A stretch of DNA of 64,000 nt, from the NCBI GenBank assembly GCA_028023455.1, contig JAQFVV010000001.1:2356001-2420000 (forward strand), in the 5' to 3' direction. Origin of the DNA: Epiperipatus broadwayi. Lineage: Eukaryota > Animalia > Onychophora. How positions within the stretch are numbered: the stretch's first letter is position 1; the number at the start of each line of letters is the position of its first letter. Shown piece after piece: positions 13,501 to 25,659 of this stretch. The position numbers and the translations under genes were made by a program. Below the pieces are notes generated by a model. That model saw nothing but the letters and a program-made list of their open reading frames with translations, did not search any database and was not told the origin of the DNA.

Positions 13501-15572
13501 AAAGACATAAGAACTCTAATCATTAACTCAATGAAATCTTTTGTAATCCTTAGTGTACAATAAAAATTTTTTTTTTTTAAAAAAAAGCATTTAAAAACTA
13601 ATGAATATCTAAGAAACATTTTCTTATATTAAGTGTATACATATTTATTCATTTTAAAAATGTAGAATTAGTGATGTTATAACTTTTAAAAAATTATTAT
13701 GAAAACATTAAATAAAACAAGATTACTTTCATATCAATTTTAGGAGTATATATTTACAAAAATAGTTTTACAATTTTGGTCATATTTTTAAGTAAAATTT
13801 GAATGTTCTGAAAATGTATTATTACAATAGATGCATTCAAATATTGATTCAAAAGTAATAATAAATATATATGGAATTAGTATGTTGTTTATTCATAATG
13901 GTGTTATGACATCTACTATATTTTGTTCCAAACTCACCTCATATACAATATATATATATATCATGGATACTATTTTATGATTTGTTGATAAGCTTAGATT
14001 GCAATAAATATGTAATGTTTACTGCACTCTTAACTGTAGACGTTTTCAACAAGCACATATACACATATATAAAACACATAGTTTTTTATGTGTATATTAT
14101 ACATTTATAAATTTAAGTTATAACATAAGAAAAATTTAAATAATAATAATATAGTTATTAATAATAAATTGAGAGATCATGTCTACATGCATGTTTGTTC
14201 ACTTATTCACATTCATTAAATAATACTAATAGAAACTTACTGCACTGTAGTTTTATTTTTAACACCCTCCCCCAATGGAAACACAATAGCAGTCCTAAAA
14301 TTAACAGACTGTGATTTCTCTAGTTGTTTTGTTATTGATTTTTGAATCTACATAATCAGGTACTTCTCTTTATACATTTCAGCTTTTTTGTAAATTCTTC
14401 AACTATACGCTCTCTGATGCAATGACACTACTTAAATTGTTAACTTTCATTCTATTACAGAAGAAAGTTATAATATATATATATATGCTTTGCGCACATA
14501 TAATAAAGTTAGTAAAAACAAATACTACTCTGCAACTTAATGAGCTGAGTGTTTTCCGGAGACTTTATTATTTGGACATTTTGTAAAATTTCTAGCTTTA
14601 TGTTTAGAAAACATTTTATTACATAAAATATTGTACTAAATCAATATTTTGGAAGGATAAAAAAAACAATAAATAAAATATGTGTCTTTTCAATGCAAGC
14701 TGAGGAAATTTTATTAATAAATGTGATGACATTTGGTATTATGAGATGAAAAATATTTGCTGTTCTACCATAAAACTTATTAAATTTACATTTGTTATAT
14801 TTTTTTATTTACATTTTTAAAATAGTGTATAATTGAAGCATTATACATTAATACAATACAAATCATAAATAACTTCACTAATATTTTAATTGAAGATCCT
14901 TTTAGAAGTTCAGTCATATACACACATATTTCTTGGAGTATGGGCTGCAAATTTTGTAGATCGTTCCAAGTGTTTCTTGAAGTTAGAACTATTTTCATAA
15001 ACAATTTATTTAGGTGGTTTTTAATATATCGATATTTACTATATTTGAGTTTAAAATTGAGAAATTTTTAAAATACAATATTTATTTATCAAATTATTTA
15101 AAGTAAGAATAATAAACCTTTATCATTATTTTTTTTTTAAAAATCTAGTTTTTTTTTTTTAGCAAAAAAAGAGGAGTATTTAAATGAATATATTATTGTT
15201 ATTTTTAAATGATTTAATGAATAAATAATTAAAACTTGATTTTTATTTCTAGTGTATTAAATATCTATACATATAATTCGTATAAACTCATAATTTTTTA
15301 AAACGTAAAGTGATTCTAAAAGCACAAAAGTTGAAAACTATCCATCTATATTCAGTATTTAATTTAATTTTTCATGTTTTTTTGTAAAATATATACTTTT
15401 CTTTTGATTTCCCAGTTAATTGTTAAATTATTTTATTATTTACAAATGAAATTATTTAATCTGATTATTATTATATTAGCTTTGCCACGATCACTAGCTC
15501 AACATAAACATTAATGATAGATATTAGACACACACATAGAGGAATTTGTATTTTATTATTATTCCTAAACAG

Positions 15573-15660
15573 AAAGGACAGATGGAAAATAGAAAAAAAA
15601 TGACATTAATATCTAAAAAGTCAAATAAGATTTCTGAATGTCAGATTTCCATCATTTGGA
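15573..15660 (+). CDS. Candidate internal exon of an unidentified host gene (KGQMENRKKMTLISKKSNKISECQISIIW)
   Basis: Pyrimidine-rich acceptor ...ttattcctaaacag, donor GGA|gtaagt, one open frame. No homology recognised; could be chance. Confidence 0.25.
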
Positions 15661-16819
15661 GTAAGTTGAAAGAAATGCATGACAAGTATAATTTCTTCCT
15701 CTTGCCATCAATATATATATATATCAGAAATACTCCAATAAAAAAATAAAAAAACAATTGCAATTTTCAACTTTAAGAGTTTAATCTATCCAAAATAAAA
15801 AGGTAACTTTATCTCTAAACATATTGTAATAACTATTTAGAAATAAAATTTATACATATTATGTATAATATATATATTATGCATAATATATATATACATG
15901 ATTATTATAAATGCACTAAGACTATTTGTAATAAACAGCCGAATTGAACTTATTTCTTTAGAACTAAATTTAAAGTATAGTATATTTTGAACATTACTAA
16001 CAAATGTTTTAACTTGAAATAAACTGAGCTGGTGCAATATGTGTTTTGGCAATGTTAATCTGTCAATTATGCTAAAGTTAAAAGCATTTTTTTAAAATAC
16101 TAACATAGTGATAGCAGGATAATTTATAGTCAGTTTATGGTGAGATGAATTGTTTTTTACATTTCATAGATGAAATTAAAATGTATTTTTATAAGTTAGT
16201 AATTTACTCAAAAATTACTTTTTAAAATCATTTTTAAAATACAGCTCCCAATGATTATTTAAAATGTTTAATTATATTGCCTCAAATATAATTTTTTTAT
16301 ATACTTTCCAATATATATATATAACTTATCAAAAATTAGAAATTATGATTAAAAAAAAAAGGAATATTTATTCAAAGTCATTTTGCACCCCTCATAATTT
16401 ATAAATAAATGAATCTGCTATTATTAAATTTGGATATAATAAGTACGGCACTTAATATTTTATTGTGAGATTATTTGATATATTTAATAGTTTTTAAAAA
16501 TAGTATTGATTAGTGATTTAAAATTTTTTCCTCTGATAATTTATTTAATAAACTATGTGGCAATATATATATATTAATATATTTTCCCTCAAAATGACAA
16601 TATATATTTGATTGACTGATAATATTTCCTAAAAATCATTTATTTTTAACATTTTTATATAATTTTTATTCTTTAAATGTTAAATAATGTAATAATGAAA
16701 ATAATTCAAATCAACTTTTTTTAGATATAACTTTTTTTGAAAATTAAAACAGCCAATACTTATTTGCACATATATGAATATTATGAATTAACTTTAATAA
16801 TTTGTCATCTTAATTTTTT

Positions 16820-17360
16820 CCAGTTGGATGCATACACTCCTTTTATCATAGGTTGGCACATCCATATAAATAAAGCAATAATTGTAGGGGATTTGAACCC
16901 AGATTTTCCAATCTATCTCAAACAACCATTACATATGACTACACACATATGAAAAAGATAAATGATCTCCAATATATGTATTTCAAGCTGAACCAGCACT
17001 CATCATTTAGTCCAGATCATCATCTGCCACACACATATATAATCAATGCTCACTTTATATTAAGATAGCAAGTCTTCAAAGTTTAATGGACAGGTTCCTG
17101 TCTACTCCACCATTCAACTCTTAAGCTTTCCATATCATTGAAAATCTGATGATGGAATACCTAAATCCCTTGATGATGCCAATATTATTGTCATGCCCAT
17201 GTTGATCTTAAGTATATTGGAAATCATTTATCTTTCTCGCATGTGTGTGGTCACGTGTATCCGTCATATGAGATAGATTGTATAGCTGAAGGGAGCTTGA
17301 AAGTCTGGGTTCAGATTTCCTATAATTATATCTACACTCCAGGAATATAAAGTATACCTT
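16820..17360. mobile_element. HHR-monomer (retrozyme-like) locus A: minus-strand segment joined to plus-strand segment at ~17213
   Basis: Homologous by eye to loci at 27.9k, 38.6k, 52.2k and 55.3k (shared GGGTTCAAATCCCC, GATCATTTATCTTTTTCACATG, CCATCATCAGATTTTC, GCCAATATTATTGTCAT). Confidence 0.8.
16962..17020 (-). ncRNA. Decayed type I hammerhead (retrozyme family), C3->A uncompensated
   Basis: Minus strand: ATGATCTGGACTAA-ATGATGA-GTGCTGGTTCAGCTT-GAAA-TACATA-TA-TTGG-AGATCAT. Confidence 0.6.
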
Positions 17361-20300
17361 ATTTAAATAAAGCAATAGTAAAGTATCACTGAAGATGTTT
17401 TTATTGTTTATTTACATTTCTATTTATTAGTGATAATTTATTGTTGTCAATTCTCTGTTTTGAATAAATTAATTATATTCAAATATGCAAATATGAATGA
17501 TTAATAGTTTAAACCTTTAAAACGAGTTGTTTATCTCTAATGATACATTTGATGTATTTCTCTCTAGTACTAGTTTTCTTATTACTTTTTTGCACTGCAA
17601 TAGTGATCATTAAATACATTCTGTTTATTCTTAACTTTGTCTATGGAATTGAATGATAACATCACCTATGTTTTAAGAGTTTAGACTAAGATTTGAACAG
17701 TACTGATAGCTCTTAAGACCAACATACACTTTCTTCCACAATATTAAATGAATTAAATATTGCTTACTAGCGGAATTTTTTTTTTTGTTAATAATTTACC
17801 CGATTGTTCAACTCATTTCTATTATTTTTAAAATATTTGTTTCCAAAAATCCTTCGAAAGTTTAAATTGAAATTTAATTTTTAAATAATCAGACTTTAAT
17901 TAAAACAAATCTTGATGTATTTCCTGTTTTTTTTATTTATTTATTGCTAAATAATAATGAAAATTGTTAATGGAGAATATTCTTCTATTGGTTTCATTTT
18001 TCCTCCTTCAGGTCATAATTTAATATTCTCCAACAGTGATTAATGTATTAGTTTGATGTAAGAAAAATTTTTATGTTTTGTTTAATTGATGATCGGAGGG
18101 CCAGCTAGGCTTCTCTCTACAGGGTTCATTCACTACTGGTATGTCAGGTGATGTTTTTTTATGAATGGAAGAATTAGCATTCAGAGATTTATTGCTGTTG
18201 TCTCAGCACTTGGTTGCTTACATTATTGTCTGATTTGCAAATGACATATTTTTAAAAAATTTCTAGTTTTCTTTATATAGTGAAATTTATTACTTGTAAA
18301 AAATAAAAATGCTATATTTAAAATGTTTGTTATAAATAAAATCTCTCGAATCATTATTTATTTAACAATTTCCAATTCCAAATATTTTTTGTAAAGCAAT
18401 TTTTTTATATTTTTAGGAAATAATGTAAACGTTTCTCTAAACTGCTGTAAAACAATTAAGAGGGACATTAGTTCTTCCCGCTTCTCGTGGAGAGCACATA
18501 TGCTTTAAGTGTTAAATGTACAACTTACTCTGTGTGTTTATATATATAGTATACGTATGCATTAATAAATTTTTTTTTATATCATTGTTTAAATGTAAAC
18601 ATATACATATATCTATAGAAGAATTGTGGTATAGAAATAGAGCATCTATCTGCTATAACTGCGCTTTGGGCAACTAGCCCACAGCAACCCATATACGCTT
18701 ATAACATTCCTCTGTAAGTGAGTATCTAGCTATTTTTAGCTACAAGAATGAAAAAAAAAACTCTCAACTCTCATCATTTGACAATTGGCAAGCCTGATGA
18801 ATAGTTTTTTCTTCACTATTTCTTAATGAGTGAGCGTTTTGAGAGGCCTTTGGCTTGTAATGGAATGGTTATTAGAAAAAAAGACTACTTTACCTTTATA
18901 CATAGGTTTGAATATTATGTGTGCATTTATGTATATAATTCCACCAATAAAACTCAGAATCAACATTTTTGTAAATACAAAGAACTAATTAGTTAATTAG
19001 TTTTTTAGGCTAATTATCTTTTACTATTTAAAAAATATATCCAGTTTGTGTAGTATATAGGATTAAGACTTCTCTAAGTGCACCTTCAAAGATTAGTAAG
19101 AGGAAGGAAAGTTTGATTAAAATGCAACCTTTTCTTTCTTTGATGACTTTCTAGCTCAAAATAGTTATAAAAAAAAAAACCCATTTATTTTTTAGAAAAG
19201 GAAATAAATGATTGTTATCTCAGAAACATACATCATTCTAGTATTGAAAATAAGAGTTGAACTGTGATTAATGAACTTTTAACTCTTGAGTTTACCACTC
19301 TACCACTATTCTAAATCATGAAAAACAATAAATTATTGTCTACTACTAATAATTGGATGTCTAGGTGAGTTGGTTATGGGACTTTTAGCTTGTGACGCTG
19401 ATACTCTACCACTGCCCTAAAATATGCAGAACAACAAATTATAAAACAGTAATAATAATTGAATGGCTAGTTAAGTTGGTTATGACTCAGCTAACTGAAA
19501 GATTTTCCAAAATTTACCTATTTTGCATATGAATCCCATAACAAGAAGATGTACTAATCGTTATACCACAAAACTCTTCCATGTTTATACGAATATATAT
19601 CATCATTTTTTTAAGGATAAAAGTCATTCAAATCATTACTGCAACCATATAGTTAATTTTTTAAATTTTGTTCTCTCATTTTAAGTTTTTTTCTTTTTTT
19701 GGGTGTGTGTCTTGGTGCCACTTGATATAGTGTGAGGAATTGCTTTAATTCCAGATTATTATTTTTTTTACTGTATGCAAAATTCATCTTCATATCAATT
19801 TTTTTAAGTCCTAAAATAGTTTTAAAACGTGATTCATAATCTTCACTATTTCTTTATTTCTCAACTTAATACATTACTACTACTTTGTTTTAACTGAAAC
19901 ACACAGGCTTATATACCTGTGTCTATATATATATATTTGGAACTTTTCAAACATTTGTTTGTTTTTTCTAATTTTTCAATTGAACAAGTAGTCTTGGTCA
20001 AAGATTAAAAAGTTAGAAATGAATAAAATAAAATAAAATTACTTAAAAAGAATGAAAAAGAGAAATGGTATTTATTTAATTTTAAAATATATTATAATTA
20101 AACATTTATTGTACGATAAATAAATTAATTGTATGAGATTGTTATCAATTTTTCTATAATAAATTATTACAAATTTTTGACTGCTGCTATATTAAGTTAT
20201 TTTATTTACAATCAGTATTTGATTCATATTTAGCGAATATTCTATTTCAAAACTTTTATTTGTTATTTCAGAAACATGAAAATTTTCAAAACTCAAAAAA

Positions 20301-20532
20301 TTCAAATAATTACCTCAACACAATATACTATTGTGCATATATACCATCCTAAGATTCTATTTGGAAGATAGCAATCAATATAAATATATAAGCAATAACA
20401 TTTCTACTCAATTACATCAAGTATTCTATTTAGTAGAATATTTCTAGAACAGATTGAAGAATATTTAGCCTATAGTAACTTTCTATGATTGTTTACACAT
20501 ACTACAAGCATAACCTATTTATATTCTAAGAG

Positions 20533-20632
20533 TTTTTTTTTTTTTCCATATGTCAAAGCGTTGACCGGGAAGCGAACCCGGGCCAGCTGCTTGGAAGGCA
20601 GCTATGCTAACCGCTAGGCTACCAACGCTTGA
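20533..20632 (-). mobile_element. tRNA-Gly(TCC)-derived SINE / retro-pseudogene, short subfamily (tRNA body 20557-20628)
   Basis: Minus: GCGTTGG...GCTGC-CTTCCAA-GCAGC...CCGGG-TTCGCTT-CCCGG-TCAACGC closely matches eukaryotic tRNA-Gly-TCC. T-loop has A58->C; tail is TGACATATGG + poly(A); imperfect TSD TATATTCTAAGA/TATATTATAAGA. Confidence 0.8.
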
Positions 20633-20928
20633 CTATATATTATAAGATTTGACAAAAAAAAAATGTTATTTTTACATTATATATAAATCTTTTTTATTGT
20701 TATTATTATTCCTTAGCTATTGCTGACTGATGAATTTTTATTATTTCAGTGTCTTAAAAAAAATTAAAGCTATCAAATTAAAATAAATTCCTCTAGTTAT
20801 CAGTTTAAAAAAAATAAAAGAGACAACTTTGCCCACTTGAAAATCATTTTTGACAAATTAAATATTTTTAAGTTTTGTAAAATGTCATTCATTAATCCTT
20901 ATTCAGCTTCTGTTAAAAGCTATAAATG

Positions 20929-21045
20929 TTTTTTTTTTTTTTTCATATGTCATAGCATCTGCCGGGACGCGAACCCACACCCGTCTGCAACCAACTACTT
21001 GCTTGCATGGCGGCTGCGATACCTCTCGGCTAACAACGCAAGGCC
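20929..21045 (-). mobile_element. tRNA-derived SINE, long subfamily, second copy
   Basis: Differs from 3263-3375 at only about two positions; poly(A) tail (poly-T on + strand); no clear TSD. Confidence 0.85.
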
Positions 21046-21279
21046 TTCCTAATATTTTTTTAATTTTATATGGAAGTGTGTTAAGTTCTGTGCCTAAAGG
21101 CAGATTGAGTTTTAATTTTTTTGTGCTACGAATTTTTTTAAGCCTTGAATTAAAATTAGACTTGTTGTTATTCAGTAAAATGAATTAAATTAATTTTTAT
21201 CGTAATTAGTATACTGCTTATCACATTTATATAATAGTTCTTAATTGATATACATATATATCACTTCATTAAATTTATT

Positions 21280-21600
21280 TTTTTATTTAAAATGCTCCAT
21301 TTGCCATGCAATTGTTACAAGATCTTTTCTGCAATTAATCACACGATTATTTATGATGATAATGTAATTTTTTCTATCCAAGATGGAATGCTGTGTGTCG
21401 TCATCAAGTGTTACATTAGTATTTTCATGTAATAATCTACAACCTTCATTTTTGCAATAAAATATCCCTTGAAGATGTTCTGTCCAGGTTTGTTCTTTTC
21501 TTTAATCCAAATCCATGCTAGTGCCATTTATTGAATAGTTTTAATCTATTGTCTATTGTGTTATTGCCATTTAGTATGCTTTAAAGTATTTTTTTTCTTT
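21280..21600 (-). mobile_element. Possible degenerate non-LTR retrotransposon fragment
   Basis: Stop-free minus frame of ~70 codons QTWTEHLQGIFYCKNEGCRLLHEN...; 'WTEHLQGIF' resembles the LINE linker motif RWxEHFxxL. Weak. Confidence 0.25.
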
Positions 21601-21976
21601 CTAATTTTGGTGATGTTAATTGTGGCTCTGAGATTTAGCCAATTTAAACGATTTTATAATAGGTAAACTAACACTGGCACAGTTGTAGAACAGGAATTAT
21701 CTTTTAAATTTACAGATTTTTCTCTTCATTTAAGAATTAATTGCTCTCTCATTATCTGTTTTAAACTGAGTTATTGCTTATAATAAAATAGTATTGTGTT
21801 ACTTATTTGTTCATCAGAATTAGCTCTAGATAGTGAAACTCTCCTATTGTGCTAAACAATACAGGGAAGAGATATATTTATGACAGATTTTAGAAATGTG
21901 AAGCAAATTTTTACATTAATTCTATAAAAAACGTACATAAAATTGTTTACCATTTAAAATAATAATAAGCACAATG

Positions 21977-22002
21977 ACAACAACAACAACAACAACAACA
22001 AC

Positions 22003-22055
<53 letters not shown>

Positions 22056-22090
22056 TGATGATGATGATGACGATGATGATGATAATAATA
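21977..22090. repeat. Compound microsatellite (AAC)n(AAT)n(GAT)n
   Basis: Directly visible trinucleotide runs. Confidence 0.95.
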
Positions 22091-22099
22091 TATGCTAAT

Positions 22100-23010
22100 G
22101 TATAATTGTTCAATCAGCTGGTCATCACCAAGATTATCTACTATTCTCCTATAATTCAATTCTCCAAAGCTTTCAGATCAAAAATTGCTTCATATTGCAA
22201 TAAACTTCTATGGAATAGAAAGACAGTATCAATGTCTGCAAAATGCCTTTCTCACCCAGCAATACACAATGGTTTGGGATTAACCAACATAGATATTTTT
22301 CAAATACAGAAGACTGCAAACTTTATAATAGCCACCCTTAGGCATTTCCCAGAACTTCAATGTCTAATCCAAATAATACCTGCAGACAAACCACCACCTT
22401 CACATTGCTACCTATCATCAGTTATAGACCAGTTTAGAACTACACATAGTCAAATATGACTACAAACAATGACGAAATATTCATATTGGCAGATCTATGC
22501 ACTGGTACATCCGGGACATACACCAGATATTTGACCCAGATGCTCAGAATAAACAACCAACAACTGCTTAAAAATTTTTAAAAATGATCCATGGAGTCCA
22601 AATTATTTGATTTCCTCCTTAGCCTAAATCTATATGCCTTGCCAACATCATACTTCCTAATGTACAGACACTTGTAAACAAAAATAGACCCCTTCTTCAC
22701 ACTATGCCATTAAGCAGAAGAAACTCAACAACATATGTTTTATAACTGCTCTGCATTAAACAATATTCAGCATGAAATAACTAATACATACAGAAAACTA
22801 CACATCTTCCTGCAGCATATCATCAGCACATTCTGCAGAACATCCACCCCTACAGTCCGGGCAGCAACTTTTGTGCTCTATGCATTTTGATGCACGTGAT
22901 GCATATTCACTTTTGGAAATAATACAAGATGACATACATCAACATTTCATAACCAACTAGCACAATTAAAAAATAGAGACAATAAAATAGCATACCCAGA
23001 CATTTTCATG
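22100..23010 (+). mobile_element. 5'-truncated L1/Tx1 ORF2 C-terminal fragment
   Basis: CNKLLWNRK...LSHPAIHNGLGLTNI matches the L1/Tx1 post-RT motif FLWxGK...L..P...GGLGL.N; downstream Cys/His remnants; degenerate. Confidence 0.65.
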
Positions 23011-23015
23011 GCCAC

Positions 23016-23240
23016 TTGGTCACTCATAAAACAACCCTCAAACCTCTAATAGTTCTGCCATTACTTAAATCACTTAATATACTCGAAAAGAGAATGCAAG
23101 AAAATGGACATCACAAAACCCAAGAATCAATAGATGATAATAAAACATACAAAATATTGCCAGCAGAAGCATACCCCAATTTACAAAACCAAAATCCAAA
23201 GACTAACAAACTGTTACAAAGCATAAACATAAAATATATA
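23016..23240 (+). mobile_element. Possible Penelope-like RT N-terminal fragment
   Basis: PLIVLPLLKSLNILEK...ESIDDNKTYKIL loosely matches the PLE motif IVILPADKG..TV.M...Y..K...LL.D..TY..L. Confidence 0.3.
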
Positions 23241-23789
23241 TATGTATGTGCCGTATACATGTGTCCTAATTGTCCAAATGTAATTAAGATAACTTTGGGA
23301 AGCAATTTAAAAAAAAACAATGGAATTTTTTAAAAAAATTAACAGAGATCATATAAATTTAGTATTATAACCTAGAACAAGCAGTCCATCACTCACTCAG
23401 TTTATATCTGTAAAAACTTGTAAAGAATTGAAATAAACCCAATATATATAAACGTCAGGAATATCAATGTAAACACTTGTACACGGAAAGTATTAATGTA
23501 ACCCGTTCTTCTAGTCTGAATAAAGTTCCTTTTTGAAACATAATAATTTATTTATTTATTATTAATTAATTAAATTCAAACAATGCATATATATATATAT
23601 ATATATAAGAGAAGTGCTCCAAACAAGAAAAACTTGTGCTAGGAGTCATTCTTAAGTTACTAATTACACTAAAAATACATTATTGCACATACAAATATAA
23701 AACAAACAAATTTAAAATATAAGAATAAATACATTCAAAGAAAATAAGTATATATACACATTAAATAAAAACATATACAAATTAGTTGA

Positions 23790-24260
23790 TCACTATACTA
23801 AGGATAAGACAATAACCTAAATTTCAAATATTTTTTAAATATATAAAAAGATAAATGATCATCATCTATTGAGCAATCAATAATAAAAGAATTAAAGAGC
23901 CTGAGTCCATTGTAACTAAATTTCCTATGACTGCTTACTAAAGAAAAATCTGGAACTGCCAATTGGAATTTGTTAGCCAAGTCAGTGCTTATAATTGACA
24001 CTTTACAACACAAAAAACGACTATATATATATATCAATAATAATTCTAAACTTATATAGGTTGGAAGCAGAAAACACACAATAATTGATATATATATCAC
24101 ACACAGAAATTAATCTAGGCCTACCAAAAATAATATGCATTGTATAATTTTGCAAAGTACATAATTGAGTTAGTGAGTAATGAGTAGAGCTACTGCAAAT
24201 ACTCTGATAACAAGCAAAATATAATATAGTCATCAAAGTAAATCTAAGTATGAATTTCAC
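23790..24260 (-). mobile_element. LINE (CR1/L2/Jockey-group) 3' fragment
   Basis: Minus ORF 23798-24100 ends SSHRKFSYNGLRLFNS...FKKYLKFRLL, the typical C-terminal motif (K.SF.Y.G..LFN.LP; FK..LK..L). Confidence 0.55.
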
Positions 24261-24290
24261 CAGATAAAAAACAAGTAATTAATTTTACAA

Positions 24291-25315
24291 AATAAATGCT
24301 TACTTATATATATGTTTAAGTTTCAGTTGGAATGACGTTTAGTAAATTCTAGGAAATTTCATCGCGTCATTCGTTCAGACATTGTATATGGTGATTTAAA
24401 AGTGACCGTTCTATCGTCACACCTTCTGTGCAAGTACTTCAGATTTGCTCATATATAAATATTTGAGTCGTAGGAATAAGAGATCCTTTTTATTCCTGCA
24501 TAAATTCTATATCTTGTATTGATCAGAAGGCATTCATTTATTATTTAACACTCGCAAAGCGTTTGCACAATTGGTTTGAATGGCCGATATGAATGTAAAT
24601 TACAATTATATGCAGTCACTATAAAAATAAATGCTTACTTATATATATGTTTAAGTTTCAGTTGGAATGACGTTTAGTAAATTCTAGGAAATTTCATCGC
24701 GTCATTCGTTCAGACTTTGTATATGGTGATTTAAAAGTGACCGTTCTATCGTCATGCCTTCTGTGCAAGTACTTCAGATTTGCTCATATATAAATATTTG
24801 AGTCGTAGGAATAAGAGATCCTTTTTATTCCTGCATAAATTCTATATCTTGTATTGATCAGAAGGCATTCATTTATTATTTAACACTCGCAAAGCGTTTG
24901 CACAATTGGTTTGAATGGCCGATATGAATGTAAATTACAATTATATGCAGACGCTATAAAAATAAATGCTTACTTATATATATGTTTAAGTTTCAGTTGG
25001 AATGACGTTTAGAAAATTCTAGGAAATTTCATTGCATCATTCGTTCAGACTTTGTATATGGTGATTTAAAAGTGACCGTTCTATCGTCACGCCTTCTGTG
25101 CAAGTACTTCAGATTTGCTCATATATAAATATTTGAGTCATAGGAATAAGAGATCCTTTTTATTCCTGCATAAATTCTATATCTTGTATTGATCAGAAGG
25201 CATTCATTTATTATTTAACACTCGCAAAGCGTTTGCACAATTGGTTTGAATGGCCGATATGAATGTAAATTACAATTATATGCAGACGCTATAAAAATAA
25301 ATGCTTACTTATATA
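24291..25315. repeat. Young tandem array of a 335-bp unit (3 copies + 20 bp)
   Basis: AATAAATGCTTACTTATATA recurs at 24291, 24626, 24961 and 25296; only a handful of substitutions between copies; about a dozen CpGs per unit in a CpG-depleted background. Confidence 0.97.
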
Positions 25316-25489
25316 ACTGAGAATATAAGTAGATAATGTGTTTTGACCTAAGGTAATCTTGAATCAATAAAGATGTCTAAATTAACAATAATTATCAACA
25401 AAAGTAATATTACAACATGTACAAATACTATTTGAATGAACATTATATTGACTACAAATCCTAATATTAAGCGAATGTGTGGAGTATTT

Positions 25490-25659
<170 letters not shown>

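Noticed and set aside
14260-15004. Possible minus-strand host exons (CHCIRERIVEEFTKK; RNTWNDLQNLQPILQEI)
   Set aside because: No consistent splice-site/frame combination and no recognisable homology.
17140-17185. Second (opposite-polarity) hammerhead CTGATGATGGAATGCTC
   Set aside because: No GAAA after a closed stem II and no stem III/UH in any copy; kept only as a possible antisense block.
16820-17360. MITE with long TIRs
   Set aside because: Arm lengths and junctions differ among loci, the same sequence occurs as direct tandem monomers elsewhere, and no consistent TSD is visible.
20557-20628. Functional tRNA-Gly gene
   Set aside because: T-loop A58->C, imperfect D-stem, non-tRNA tail plus poly(A) and probable TSD indicate a retroposed copy.
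21922-22159. Poly-I/V and poly-H/Y/C ORFs
   Set aside because: Artefacts of (AAT)n/(AAC)n/(GAT)n arrays.
24291-25315. CRISPR-like array
   Set aside because: Whole 335-bp units repeat with no unique spacers; eukaryotic context; no cas genes.
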